Shown: piece after piece, positions 24,655-36,952 of the stretch
Layout of the letters: each line of letters opens with the position of its first letter
Numbering within the stretch: the first letter of the stretch is position 1
Assembly: GCA_038496445.1 (NCBI GenBank)
Contig: JALMLS010000448.1
Location: forward strand, 124,001-188,000
Source of the DNA: Trichosphaerium sp. ATCC 40318
Lineage: Eukaryota > Protista > Tubulinea
Direction of reading: 5' to 3'
Length of the DNA: 64,000 bases
Made by a program: the position numbers and the translations under genes
Notes under the pieces: generated by a model
Told to the model about the DNA's origin: nothing
The model's database searches: none
The model's input: only the letters and a program-made list of their open reading frames with translations

Positions 24655-27600
24655 TTAATTATTATTGTTGTACAAGTTAAACGTTGGTAAACGTGTCCTA
24701 ACGTTCCGTTGCATGGACTGCATAGTTGTTTCAGGCTTTCCAGACATGAGTAAAGCGCTAGCATCAGCACGAAGTGCATCTATACCGCCATCTAACAAAC
24801 TGACGTTTTTAAACCCAGCACGTATGAGTGCATTAGCATACTAAGAAAATGAATAAGTCTTACAAAAAGGTAACAATACAACATGTTTAAACAAACGTAC
24901 ATTCGCTCCGTCCGGTTGTATGTCACCAACAACAACAATTGGTTTCTTCTTTGATATCCTATTTGTAGGCATACCCTTTGATATATCTACCCATGTAGAA
25001 CCAGGATAATATGAAGCGTAATATCTTTGGTTTTGTTAAGGAGGGATGCAGTAAAAATCAAGCAACAGTAACTTAAAGTTGAAACCAAAAAAAAGAAGAA
25101 AAAAAGAAAGTGTTGAATGAATTTTCGTTGTTGGATACTCTTTTGAAGGTCTAATATCTAGGATGGAGCAGTCATAGTCAAACCCTACCAAATCAGATAC
25201 AGACATACGCGGTGAAAGCTCTGCAGCACGTTCGTTAAGGGTCCTAGGTTTCTCCCACCACCTATTTCGATCAACAGTCTAAAAAAATCAATGCGTTAGC
25301 ACCAGCTATGCGAACGAATGATACTAAAATCTTTTGGAGAATAGCTTGGAATATTAATAAACTTACAGTGACCAAACTTGGTAAATGTGCAATACTAGGA
25401 GGTGTGATAGCAAACTGCTTTTTTGTTTCTCTGAAAAAAAAGCCTGTTAGTTTTCATGTTCTCAGAGCCAAGCTCAACGTACTTTATACAACTTTCTATA
25501 TCCACTACTGGTACACCAACATTATTTGCGAATAAAACAATACAAGCGTTGAAGTCAAAGCGTAGTAATGTATCTAAAGGTAAAATAGTTTTTAATATTA
25601 AGATGTTTCTCAAAATGATTCGTTTACCTCTCATTTGTCGTATTACAGCTACTGCTAAAAACAATGGAAATGATGGTGGCGATAGAATCACTGTATCCCA
25701 AATATTAAATATCTTCTCCAATGAAAATATATCTTTTGTGTTGTCAAGGAAAAAAAAAGAGAAAAAACTGAGAGTGTCACAATGTGTCAAAATTTCTAAA
25801 AAGAAGAGTTCTTGGATACGAGTAAACAGTGTCAAGAACCATGGTATAGCATATAATTCTGGTTTGAATGCAATATCTGCTAAATGAACAGCAAGTTCGG
25901 GATCTTGATATGCAAGTAATTGTTGGTAAACAACAAGATACTCTTGTAAATACAACGTTTGACTATCTGTTGAAAAAAAAGCTCGCGAGAATTTGTTAAT
26001 GAGCTTTTGCAAGCATAACAAAGCAGTTGGTTCATCATTAAAATTCAAGACCAAGAAAGGAGATAATAACGAGTCAACCCCTAAAACATATAAGCCAACA
26101 ATATCAAAATAAAAACTTAAAAAATGAGAATAAAATAGGAAAAAAATTAATACCTTGCCAGTACGCAAGCATTGGATTGTTTGCAACCCAAGCTTTTAAA
26201 ATACGTTTTAATTTTAAATGTCCTTCAGGAGAACTTAAAAGAGGGTTGTACTGATGACATCTAATAACATCTAGCCAAATTTGCCTATCAGATGGATGTT
26301 CACTATCTTTATCAATTGATAAATAAATCCTCTTAACTTCATCAGCACTAACCACATGTTAGCTATACAAACGAGATTTTTATGTACAAGAATGACATTG
26401 ACGTACTTTGGAAGTCCAAGGAGAGCACTCCAAATCTTCTTTCGAAGAACGGGTGGAATATCTATTTTAGCTTCTGCTACTATTTTTTGTCTTGATTCTG
26501 GATACTTTGCCAATAGCTGATTAAAGATTTTTATACGCTGTCGTTGATACACTATATTTGCTTCTTTCTCTTTAAGTGTCATATCAACACTAACATTCTC
26601 TTGTGTATTAAGTTGTTCAGTTGAAAGCCTTTTTTGAATAGACTCCAAAGAAATACTAACAATCCTTGCATTATACAACCTGGAGTTATCGTTTTTATTA
26701 ATAACTGATCCAGTTCCATTTACACGCTTCTAGTGTTTATGATAAGAATGACGTTGATTTTGTTTTAAGGAACACAATGATACGTACAAAATCAGGTAAT
26801 CTGTGAACACTTGGTCTCATTTTTAGTTCTTCAGCAAGTTCTAATTCCAAGTCACCGCCTGATAACTTCCAGTAATGAAATAGCTCGCTAGCAGACATAG
26901 AGCCTTCGGCCTTGATAGTTTATAAGCTCCAGATACGTTTTTAACTGCGGATAAGACGTACCCGATCCAAAAATTTAACAGGTTTTAAAGGTGCATCCAA
27001 AAAGTTACTACGAAGTATTGGCTTTGCTATCCACATTACATTTGGTTTTTCATCTAGTCAAATGTAAATCTCTTGTTCTAAAAAAATCACGATGTATTAT
27101 ATGTATACCTTCTCCATGATTTGCAAAGAATGGGTGACCGAGTAATTGATCAGGTTCCATCTAACAAAAATAATGAAAAATCACTTCAAAGAAGTAAGAA
27201 AGAAACAATGGCTTCGTACTCTAGCATGAGGATCACTTGTAAGGCAAAGTCTTACTACATCTTTTAGTTCTTCAGAGTAAGCAGACCAAGAGGGTCCAGA
27301 AAGCCATCCTTCAAGAATATCAACACTATTCTTCTTCAAGGCAGCATGTCGCCTTTCTCGTTCATTTTTTGGAAGCGCCGATGTAAACTTAGTAAGTCCA
27401 TTACCATGAAGCGACTGTCTATGCTCTAATGCCTCAAGATCGGAGTCCGTAAGGTCCCTACGTTTTTGTTCTTCGACTTGAGGATGAATATCGTGTCCAA
27501 CAAACTTGAGGACTTGCAAGAGCACTTTGAAGGGATCATCTATGAAGTTTAGTTAAAACTAGAAATTCTTCTTTTTTTCTTTCAAAGTACTTCGATAATC

Positions 27601-28537
27601 CCATGGTAATTTGCCTGTTACCATCTCGATGATTAACAGTCCTATTGTCCAAACATCACTCTTCGAGTTTGTATATTGTGAAGCAAATGATGTTACAATA
27701 GCTTCAGGTGATAACAGTTCAGGTTTGCTTGGAATGTAAATTAGAACTTACAATATAAAGTTGACAACTGTAGCCATAAAAGCATGAAATACAACGAACC
27801 CAATAGGAAATTCTACATGTTGACCTCTTCCAGTCATATGAAACAGTCCGTAATCAGATAACTTTACAGAACCCTATAAAATAGGTAAGCGACGTTGTAA
27901 GCATCTTGAGATGACTTTAAAAAAAATACGAAATGCACCTGGCCGCTTAGTAAAATGTTATCTAGATCAATTGAGCGATGGACTATACCACGCTCAAGCA
28001 AATATGCTAATGCAGTGAGTGTAGCTTTTAAATATTTACGAATCTCTTCTTCATCAAGACCTCTAGAAGCTTATTATTAACCTAAAACGAACAAAAAAAA
28101 AGCAAAGTTTTTCAAATAATTCAAAAATGAAGTGTCAGATTCTCCTCACCTGCCAAGCGTATTTAGTCTGTTTTGTAGTTCTTTCCGTAAATTATTACCG
28201 TAGTGCTCTGATACAACGAAGATACGCTCTGAAAGGTCAGAGTGAATTTTTTATTTGTTAAAAAGTCTGTTTATAACAGAAATACGCTTATCATTACGTA
28301 CCATGAGCGCCTTTTATAATATCAATGTATTGTGTGAGGTTTGGATGCGCAAGTTGTTTCAAGTCTTGAAATCTACCCACAATATGTCCAGCTGGCGATG
28401 AAGTGCGTTTGCCAGCTTTTATAGGCGCTGTGGATGCTAGTTTGGCAAAAAACGCTTTAACACCCAAAAAGAGAGCGCTGGTTCAGTAAATAAGCAATAT
28501 ACGTATAATTCGTTTGTGGCGCGTGCCCATTATCCAT
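24655..28537 (-). CDS. TBCK: TBC1-domain-containing (pseudo)kinase: kinase + Rab-GAP TBC + rhodanese
   Basis: [73 protein letters not shown], and rhodanese LDIRP...LLDGGIDAL. Confidence 0.93.
25025..25138 (-). other. U12-type (minor) GT-AG intron in TBCK
   Basis: Donor GTATCCAA and branch CTCCTTAAC about 10 nt before AAAG. Splicing restores [16 protein letters not shown]. Confidence 0.85.
25733..25819 (-). other. U12-type (minor) GT-AG intron in TBCK
   Basis: Donor GTATCCAA and branch TTCCTTGAC about 10 nt before AAAG. Splicing restores WFLTLFTH/IFSLEKI. Confidence 0.85.
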
Positions 28538-28711
28538 TGTTAACGCGAGTGCCTACAAAATAAATATTTTGTACGCTATATAGTGCCCCCAGCTTGTCTT
28601 CGTGTCGTATAGCAAGTCAATTCAGTTCGTCAATTCGCGTGTACAGTACCGTTTCAAAAAAAAGCTACACAGCAACTACATCGGTATTTTTTTTTATTCA
28701 CGTGTATTTCT

Positions 28712-30587
28712 TCAAGAAGAAACAGCATGAGAAACGAGACCCATTGCAGAAATGGCATCTCCAAGTCCTACAGTCTTTACAGGAACTTTACAAACCATAA
28801 CAGGTACAATGCATATTGTTAACGTATCCTAGAATGAGATTCAGTTAAAGATCAATTATCATCCTTCACGTGCCTCTGTCCAGCAAGATATTGGTTTCTC
28901 CGCACTGTAGTCAACGTTTTTAGCGTCAGTAAATGCAGTAAATGGTAGGAATAGTTGACCATAATCGACAGGAGAATCAAAAAAATCGCAACTTTGTAAA
29001 GTCGCTACGAGACTTCCCTGCGCTAATGCGTATGCAGGATGTGCCCATGGTGTACGAGTACTGTCTGTTGCAATGATATGGAACTTCAGAGAATGGAAAT
29101 GTACCCTACCAAAAGGCGTATCCTTCTTTTGTTCACGTGTATACTTGAACAAATGTTTGATTGCTTGAACAACAGTATCTGGTGTAGGATCTTTAAAGAG
29201 CGCATGTGTATCTTCTACATCAGCGTATTTAGGGCCATCTAGAGCAACATACAAGTCACCTAACTCTTGTTCATTCATCCCTTATGGATTGTTAGATAAA
29301 TAGCACAAAAGTACGTGGTACCTGTTGAGTGAACCTTAGGTAACATCACAGATGCCAGTTGCTAAAGAAGAACAGACGTCAGTATTTTTTATCGCTTAGT
29401 TAGTTGTTTTACCTTCAAAAACCCAGTGTCACCAATGCTAGCAAGTTCTAGATGGATGGCATCGATCTCAGTTTTGCCAATAGCTTTTAGTACTTCCTTC
29501 ATTCTAGAAGTGCGGAATTCTGGTGATTCTCCTTCAAGCAAGTGCATACCTGCGAGAACTAGCCTGTCCCATCTCTTCTCCTTGGACAAAGCTTTTGACA
29601 TCCATTCCAATGATGCAAGACGAGAGTTGATATCATCACAATGTACAATAAAACGGTTTGCACGTGGGGATGAGAACTATTTCAATTAGTTTTAGAAGTT
29701 GATACGAACGGTTCGACGTACCTCTCCCCATTGAGAATTAGCTTTGTACTCCATGATCAAATGCGTAACATCGTCAGCAGAAGGTTCATAGTGATCCTAG
29801 GTACATGCTGACTCAGCAAAAAAAAGAATTTACAAAAAAACGGTCAGTTGTTTACGTCGCTCAAATCTAATTCACCAAGGAACTTAGCTAGTTCTGGACC
29901 CACCACAGAACCAATATATGTTTTAACGTTATTGTTTACGAACTAGGATCCATTTTAATTGTACTGACGACTGACAACGTAACCTATAGGTTTTACCTTT
30001 ACGCCCATTAAACCAGCGTTTCCTCCAATTGACATGACACCTAATTTGATTAAAAGACATGGACTATTTCTTTTATAGATGTACCTTCTACTTTATTCAT
30101 AGCGTGGTTCATTATCGTTTTGCAAAGCGGTTTGTCAACTGTCAAAACGTTAAAAACCTACGTAGTAAAATTTCTTGGCTATTCGTACCTAAAAAGCGCT
30201 CTGCTGCAGAGCCAGTACTGAAATAATGTTGGAAAGTTGCGATAAACTCTTCTTTTGTGTTAATAGCCGCATGATTCACTCTATCACTTGTTGGCGCGTA
30301 TTCCAGAGACTAGGAGAAAATGTTATTTGTTTGCCATAAAACTTTTCAACCTCAAGCAATTCAAAGGCATCTAACACGCGTCAACTAAACATTTACGCTC
30401 TCTACATACCGACAATCAAATCAAGATTTGTATTGAAGCCTAACATTGCAGTTTTTACTGCAGTGCCGTTTCCTGGCGTAGCGTGAAGCGCGCTCATAAC
30501 CGTAGACAGCTTCTCATCAGTTTGCAAGAAATGTGTCAGCAACGCGAGTATAGCAACCGCCAGACCCAGGTAGTATACGTAGGCCAT
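28712..30587 (-). CDS. ADPGK: ADP-dependent glucokinase with an N-terminal signal/anchor
   Basis: LGFNTNLDLI, GSAAERF, IGGNAGLM, PRANRFI, HLELASIG, MNEQEL, RVHFHSL, PVKTVGLGDAISA. Confidence 0.93.
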
Positions 30588-30658
30588 GTTGTGAGGCTAT
30601 AAGCAGGTTAAGCAAACTGCCAATAAGCCAAAGTATTTTTTTTGTTGGCGTTATTAGG
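30588..30658. promoter_or_regulatory. Very short bidirectional promoter region between ADPGK and Sec5
   Basis: Head-to-head ATGs at 30587 and 30659 with 71 bp between them. Two CCAAT-like gccaa elements and a tataa are present. Confidence 0.5.
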
Positions 30659-33600
30659 ATGAGCTTCTACGACGCTGACGTTTATGAGGACGAAGAGCCT
30701 GAGGAAGAAATATCAGATGTAGAGGTGCCAGATGACTTTGGTGGTAACCCGTTTGGGGAGCGTGAAGATTTCGGTGGTAATCCTTTTGGTGAGAGGTCGC
30801 ATGGGAGCGTTACACATGAAGACAGAACGACAGAGGACCATTCGGGTACTGTTTGGTCGAAACGTTATAATAATGTATTTAGGAGATGAATTTGATAACA
30901 TAGAGGTCGAAGAACTTGTTTTAAGCGAAGTAGACGAAGCAGAGATTCAACAACTCAAAGAAGACGCAGAAAGAGAAGAGAGACTAGCAAAGGAACGCAA
31001 ACGGCGCGACAGACGAAAACAGAAGCGTACGAGAGAAAACTGAAACTTTAGATCTAAAATAGCCTTCAACTATGTTTCTAGTATTAACCGACGCGGAATT
31101 TAATGCTTTCACGTAAAAACGAATTACCCCGCGTGTCAATTTGAAGTGCATCTGTTAAAACCCGGTTTAGAATACCTTAAAGACGCAGAAGGACATCCTA
31201 CGACATGGGCTGAAGTAGCGGAAGACATGGACAATTACAGCGGTAAAGATGATTTTCTAGAATCAATTAACAATGTTGATGTGAGTGACACTTGACGTGT
31301 TTCTTCCTATCTTAATATTCGTTCCTGTAGAGTGAGGATAAAGTATATGAAGTGCGTGAGATATTCAAAGAGGTTGAGATTGAAATGAATGATCCTCTTG
31401 GCTTGGCGTACGCTGCGTTTTACTTTCATTTTACTGTTGTTTTTATTTGAAACCATAACCTGTTTCTTTACAGTTGTACTTATAATTTTTGTGTAGTAGC
31501 GATATGGGCCGACCAGCTCCTTCTGTTAAAGAGCTTGTTAGTAACTTAAAACATCTTGGTATCAGTAAGAAGAAAGGACCAGGCAAGTAGTCATAATTAA
31601 ATAAGTTGATTGACACGTGAGTCTCAAAGCACCTTTCTTACTTTCATAGGTGGTGGTGTTGATCCTTGTCAACCTAATTTCGATCCAGCACGGTATATTG
31701 TTGCGCATGAATGGGTAAAAGAATGTTTAATCCATCAGTCAACTTATACTGAACTAGATTCAAAAAATGCCAAAAAACGCATTAAAAACAAAGCTAAGAA
31801 GCCTGCAGAGACGTGTCACAACAAGTAAAGTACAACAACAAGGCCTTGTTGTTAGTAATTTTTCAAGTTTTTGTTCTTGCAAGAATATCCTCGAAGGTAA
31901 TTGCTGTGGGTAGTATCTGCAGTGTAACGCTAACTTTTTTCTTTTTTTTTGCAGATTTGTTTCAACAAAGAAAAACCAACAAGTCTGAAACCCCAGATTC
32001 AGAGCTAGACCGTATAATATCTTTAAATCGCAGTAAGTAATGATATAATTTGTTCACGTGTTCTTTCGGTGTTCTCAACAAGTATAGATGTAATTGAAAC
32101 TTCGAACAGTGTCTTTCTTACTTTGGAAAGAAGAAAAGCTCAAATTGATGATATTAAGAACGCCTTGGGTATCTTAAAGCGGTTTCAATTTGTATTTAAT
32201 ATACCACGTATTATGAGAGAGCACATTGAAAAGGTATGTAAAATATTCGTAAAATACTCGCACAAGCAACTTCACGTTGTAGCATTCTTGAATTTGGTTA
32301 AGGTTTTGTTCTCGTTGCGTAATGTTGTTATTAGGAAGAGTATGATAAAGTTGTGTTACGTTATAATCGTGTCCGTTCGTTGTCAAAGACGACTACAGCT
32401 TCTGTATTCCAAAAGGTATTAAGAGAAGGTGAACAAATCGTTATTGGTCTCCGTAAAGACTTGTTGAAAAAACTTGATAATCCTGCGCTTGAATTACAAG
32501 AACAAGAGACTCTAATAAGGTAAGACTACCAACTATAATTGTGCAACTCTTCAACTTACGACTGAACAAACAGATTGCTCGTTGAGCTTAGTGCACAAAA
32601 AGATCCTGCTTGGCATTGTATTTTTATGAGGTGTATGAAGACTAGAAAGCAACTTAAAGGTACTCATTGCCACTTAAGATTTCTGTTTCCTTTTTTCTAA
32701 ACTTTCTACTTAGAAGCACTATATAGTGCACCTAAGATACAGCAATCGGATTCAGTAGACTCAACTGAGCTTCAAGTCACTCGTAAACTGACTGAAGTGA
32801 TGCTTAGGGAGATTCCTCCAATATATACTGTAGCAAGAAACTTTTTCGCAGGCGAATACCATACTGTGCGATGAAATCACAAAGTTTTTGTTTGGTATTT
32901 TTTATTGACTTGTTTTCGAAGGGTGTGAGTGAAGCTTTTGCTAAGGAGTCGAATGAAATCAAAGAGAGACATGTACGGAGTAGATATTGTATATTATTAA
33001 TAACTAAATGTCTCATTAGTCTGAAGATGACTTTGCATCTTTAATGGAAGATATTTTCAAGCAGTATTGTACTGGTGTTGAGAATCATTTTAACAAGACA
33101 GCAAAGCCCACAAAGCCTTATGCAATGGTTAAAAGGCGAACACGTACATTCAAGAGGATAGAATCAAAAGCAAGAACCCCACTCGGAGGTCTATTTGATC
33201 CTAAGCTTGCAAAGCAATACTTGAGGTTAGTTACAAAGTATTTTCTGGTTTTCCTTTCGCTTGAAACTAAGTTCATTGTTTCAGGGATAATAAAAGATCT
33301 TTAAGAATGTCAAAGATGTCAAGGAATTCAATAACGAATCTTTACAGTACGCTCATGCTGTGGTTTTTATGTTGTACCACTAACTCTTTTATTCCTTTAG
33401 ATAAGGCCAATAATGTCAAAGAGAATGAAGTGATGGAACAAGACGAAGAAGCAGAACAACTACAAAACAAGGAGAAGGTATGACAGATAAATTTTTTAAT
33501 GCGCTTTTCCGGCAGTAAAAACATGTTGTTCTTATTCTTTGTTTACTTTCAGGTTAAATGTGTTCTAAGATGTTATAAAACACTTTCTGAAGTCCTACCA

Positions 33601-35118
33601 CATGCTTATACCTCTCATCTTGGTGATACATTAGACCGTATTACCAACGCGTATGTACATGAGACGCTTAGATCCACAGAGAAGGGTACAAAGAATGCTA
33701 TTCTTATTGTTTACTAAAACGTATCTTTTAGAGGTGTTGACTCTTTATGCTGAAGAAGAGCATGCCACAGATCTTTCTCATGCTTTTCATGCTATTGTTG
33801 CAACAACAACAAATGAACTCAAGGGCATTGTACAACAAGATGACGTATCCTTAGACTTCCATTTTTTGCATTGATTTCCTTTTTTTTTCTTTGACATATA
33901 AAAGCCTATGATTCTAAAAATAGCCCACAAGTTTTTCGAAATCCTCCATGGGTTTGCTGATAATATGCACCACATGGTATTCTCAAATGAAAACGAAGAA
34001 AATCAAGGTGTTGGCCGTATGGAGCAAGATGTAGTAAGTTTATTATAACTCAATGAGTTAAGCCAATACTAATTTTTTCAAAAAAAAGGAACAACTTCTA
34101 GTTGTTGTTAATGGGTGCTACAAAACGAGACAAATTGTAATACCTGAAGTACTCAATGATTTCTATAATGCGTATCCAAAGGTCAGACCAGCTTTGAAAC
34201 ATCCTGATGGAGTAAGCATGATTGTTCTTTAACTTTTTTTTTCTGACTCGAAGAAATATAGGGAACTATCACTCTTTTGAAGCAGCTGGAGCAAATGATT
34301 CTTAATAAATATATAAGACATAAGACAATGATTCTGAATAATTTTGTAAAGCGTGGTATAGGATATGATTGGTCAGTATCATCGCAAAGCACAAACACAG
34401 GTACGACATGTCTTTTTTTTTCAAAACTCAAATGACTTTGCAACAAAATCTCATTCCTACCACTACGAATAACAAAATCAAAATATTATCGATGAGAGCA
34501 AGTTATTAAATATAAACATATGTACATGCTTCATTTGTTGTATGTACAGGTCGAGGTGGTAGAAGCTTTTTTTGTTTTGTTGTTTCAAAATTTTACTGGT
34601 TTTTTTCACTTTCCGCTTACTTTTCTTTAGGAGTTCGTAATTATGTAATGAATTTACTACTTCAGTTAGTGTTTATACATAATGAATTATACAAAAACGA
34701 ACTTGAACCACGTGTTATTAAAACAGTATTATCAACACTTCTTGAAAACATATACCAGACTGTTATTGACTGTGTTATGAACATTGAAACATTCACTGAT
34801 GCTGGTATATTACAGGTACATCCTCTTAAATACTTTAATTACTTTCATACTTGTATTGTCTTGATATCCATTGACGCCTTTATTTACTAGACTGGTGTTG
34901 AGCTTGAGTTCGTTGCTAAGATTATGAACAATTTTGCAACTCCAATATCAGATAGTTTGTATTCACAGTTTGATAAGTTTCTTGGATATGCCTTACTTAA
35001 GAACTCACCAAGAATTAAGAGAGATATGCGTACTATGCTTGCACAGACTTTAACTAGTACTGGTCTTTTATTTGAGTGTTTTAATACGACATTGCAAGAT
35101 GCTCCTAAAGCGTACTGA
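30659..35118 (+). CDS. EXOC2: Exocyst complex component Sec5, multi-exon
   Basis: DPLGL, NFDPARYI, LVVSNFSSFCSCKNILE, IKNALGILKRFQFVFNIP, KDPAWHCI, GVRNYVMNLLLQLVFIHNE, GILQTGVELEF. Confidence 0.88.
33845..33904 (+). other. U12-type (minor) GT-AG intron in Sec5
   Basis: Canonical donor GTATCCTT and branch TTCTTTGAC 9 nt before the end of AAAG. Phase-0 splice joins VQQDD/PMILKIAH. Confidence 0.85.
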
Positions 35119-35438
35119 ACTGTACATGTAAAATAAATAAAAAGTTACAAATAAATTTTTTGAATCAGTTAAGAAAGGCTTTCTTGTTGGTACTTTTTGA
35201 CTGTTTCTTTAAACAATATTACAGCATATTCCAAACAACCTAATAGACACTTACACCACAAGAACTCAATAAGTTTGCTTTACTTAACAAAAATAGTTTG
35301 CATTAGTGTTGGGCGACAGTTGTGTAGTATAACATGAAATCCCTTTTGGATATCTCAAATAAAACCACGTGAATTTTGTCAGTAATTGTGTTTCTTCTTT
35401 GGACGTCATTTAATATTGTTTTGATGAAGAAATAAATT

Positions 35439-36431
35439 TTATTTATATGTATATTTATACCTATTGTATGGTTTCCAAAACCATTTACTAAAAAACACGA
35501 ATAGAATGGATGAGATCGCCAGAAACATGGCTATTAAATATTCCATTAACATATGTACGCTGAATTCGACTATCACCCCAGTACCCATGAATATCACACA
35601 AAACATACTAGTACATATATGAACTACTACAGTAAGTGCGTAAACAAGTACAATGCGGTCATCAAGCTTGAAGTATGTAGCAACTAAGTGGAATATAATG
35701 AATACAAGCTGTTCAGAACCAAGTACGTAATATGCAATACTCCAGTTCCACACTTTAAAATCATAAAAAAAGTGAGCATTGATACAAAAAAAAATACTAA
35801 GTTTGACTTGAACTGTTACTTTGTGTCACCTGTCCCTACATTTTTTTTCAATGCCTGATTTTTGATATACAGCATGACACTTTTTTTGTACTGACTGTAA
35901 TACAAGTAATACATGGCTTGTATACTCTACATGAGCTATGCGGCATGTCCAAAAAACGAGTCAATTTAAGCAGGTATTGATAACACAAAATAACTAAAGT
36001 TCGAAGTCATATCATTCACATTTGGACTTACCTTCGTTCTTGAAGTTTGCAAACGCCATCATAATGATTGACATAAAAACCCATAGAAAAACAACAAAGG
36101 GGAGTGCAAGGGTAGGAAGGAACCTGTACCACCGCAAAAATAGCGCTTTACAGGATGCTATGAGCGCTGCGCGTTTTTGTGCTTTTTTCTTCTCCTTTTC
36201 GTCTTCTATGCTCAGTTTGTGCCATTTGAGCCACAAGGTGTTGTGTTCAGCTATCCTGGCCCATTTTTTGCTTACAAGACGTACTTTTCGCCCTTCTCTT
36301 GCTGCCATACCCGAAAACGCGAGTACTAGCAGCTCTTCCGGTAATGTGTTTATACGTGCTTCACTTGCATGTACAATCACGCCAGGATTGCCACTAGGCG
36401 GCAGGAGATATGTCCTTTCGCTCGTCATCAT
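35439..36431 (-). CDS. F-box protein with several C-terminal transmembrane helices
   Basis: LPEELLVLAFS...VRLVSKKW...NTLW F-box followed by several hydrophobic segments. N-terminal ERTYLL resembles a dileucine sorting motif. Confidence 0.7.
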
Positions 36432-36952
36432 AAAAGAACAAATCAAACTCTTTCTTGAGAACTCCAATTTGATACTGGGTACAGCTTAACTGGGAACTTT
36501 CCTTTTTTGGTGTAGCTTATGCAATTGATATACTCGCAAGATGTGTCGGGTTGTGTGGCACTTTTCCACATAGCGGCCTTTTCTGCGCTCTGAACGTCAA
36601 TAAACAATAAACAAACTATACTTGCAAGATGGGCCTTGGAGGACGGACAAGGTTTCAGAGCTTAAAAACGAAGGAGGAGCTAACGCTACTACAACGACTA
36701 CATGATTATCGTTGAAAACAATACTAAATATCAAAAAGAACATAACGGTATGTGCGTTGCAATGTGTTTCAAACTATATTTTGTGATGCTGTGTTTTAGT
36801 ATTGAGACATCTGCCACTTGGTTGGTTCTCTAGTAGCAGTTGTTTGTTTTTCTTAAATCTATGTCATTATTAAGTTTCAATGTACAACTAGCAGATAGTG
36901 ACAATAAACATTCGAAAGGCTGTTTTTTTTTTTTTGTTTATTGGTTTTTTTT

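Noticed and set aside
32852-32921. Possible GC donor (gcgaat) in Sec5
   Set aside because: Phase does not fit. The GT donor after FAGEYHT is in phase.
34173-34261. GTATCCAA plus ttctttaac in Sec5 as a fourth U12 intron
   Set aside because: Using that donor gives stops with either acceptor. The downstream GTAAGC donor restores the frame.
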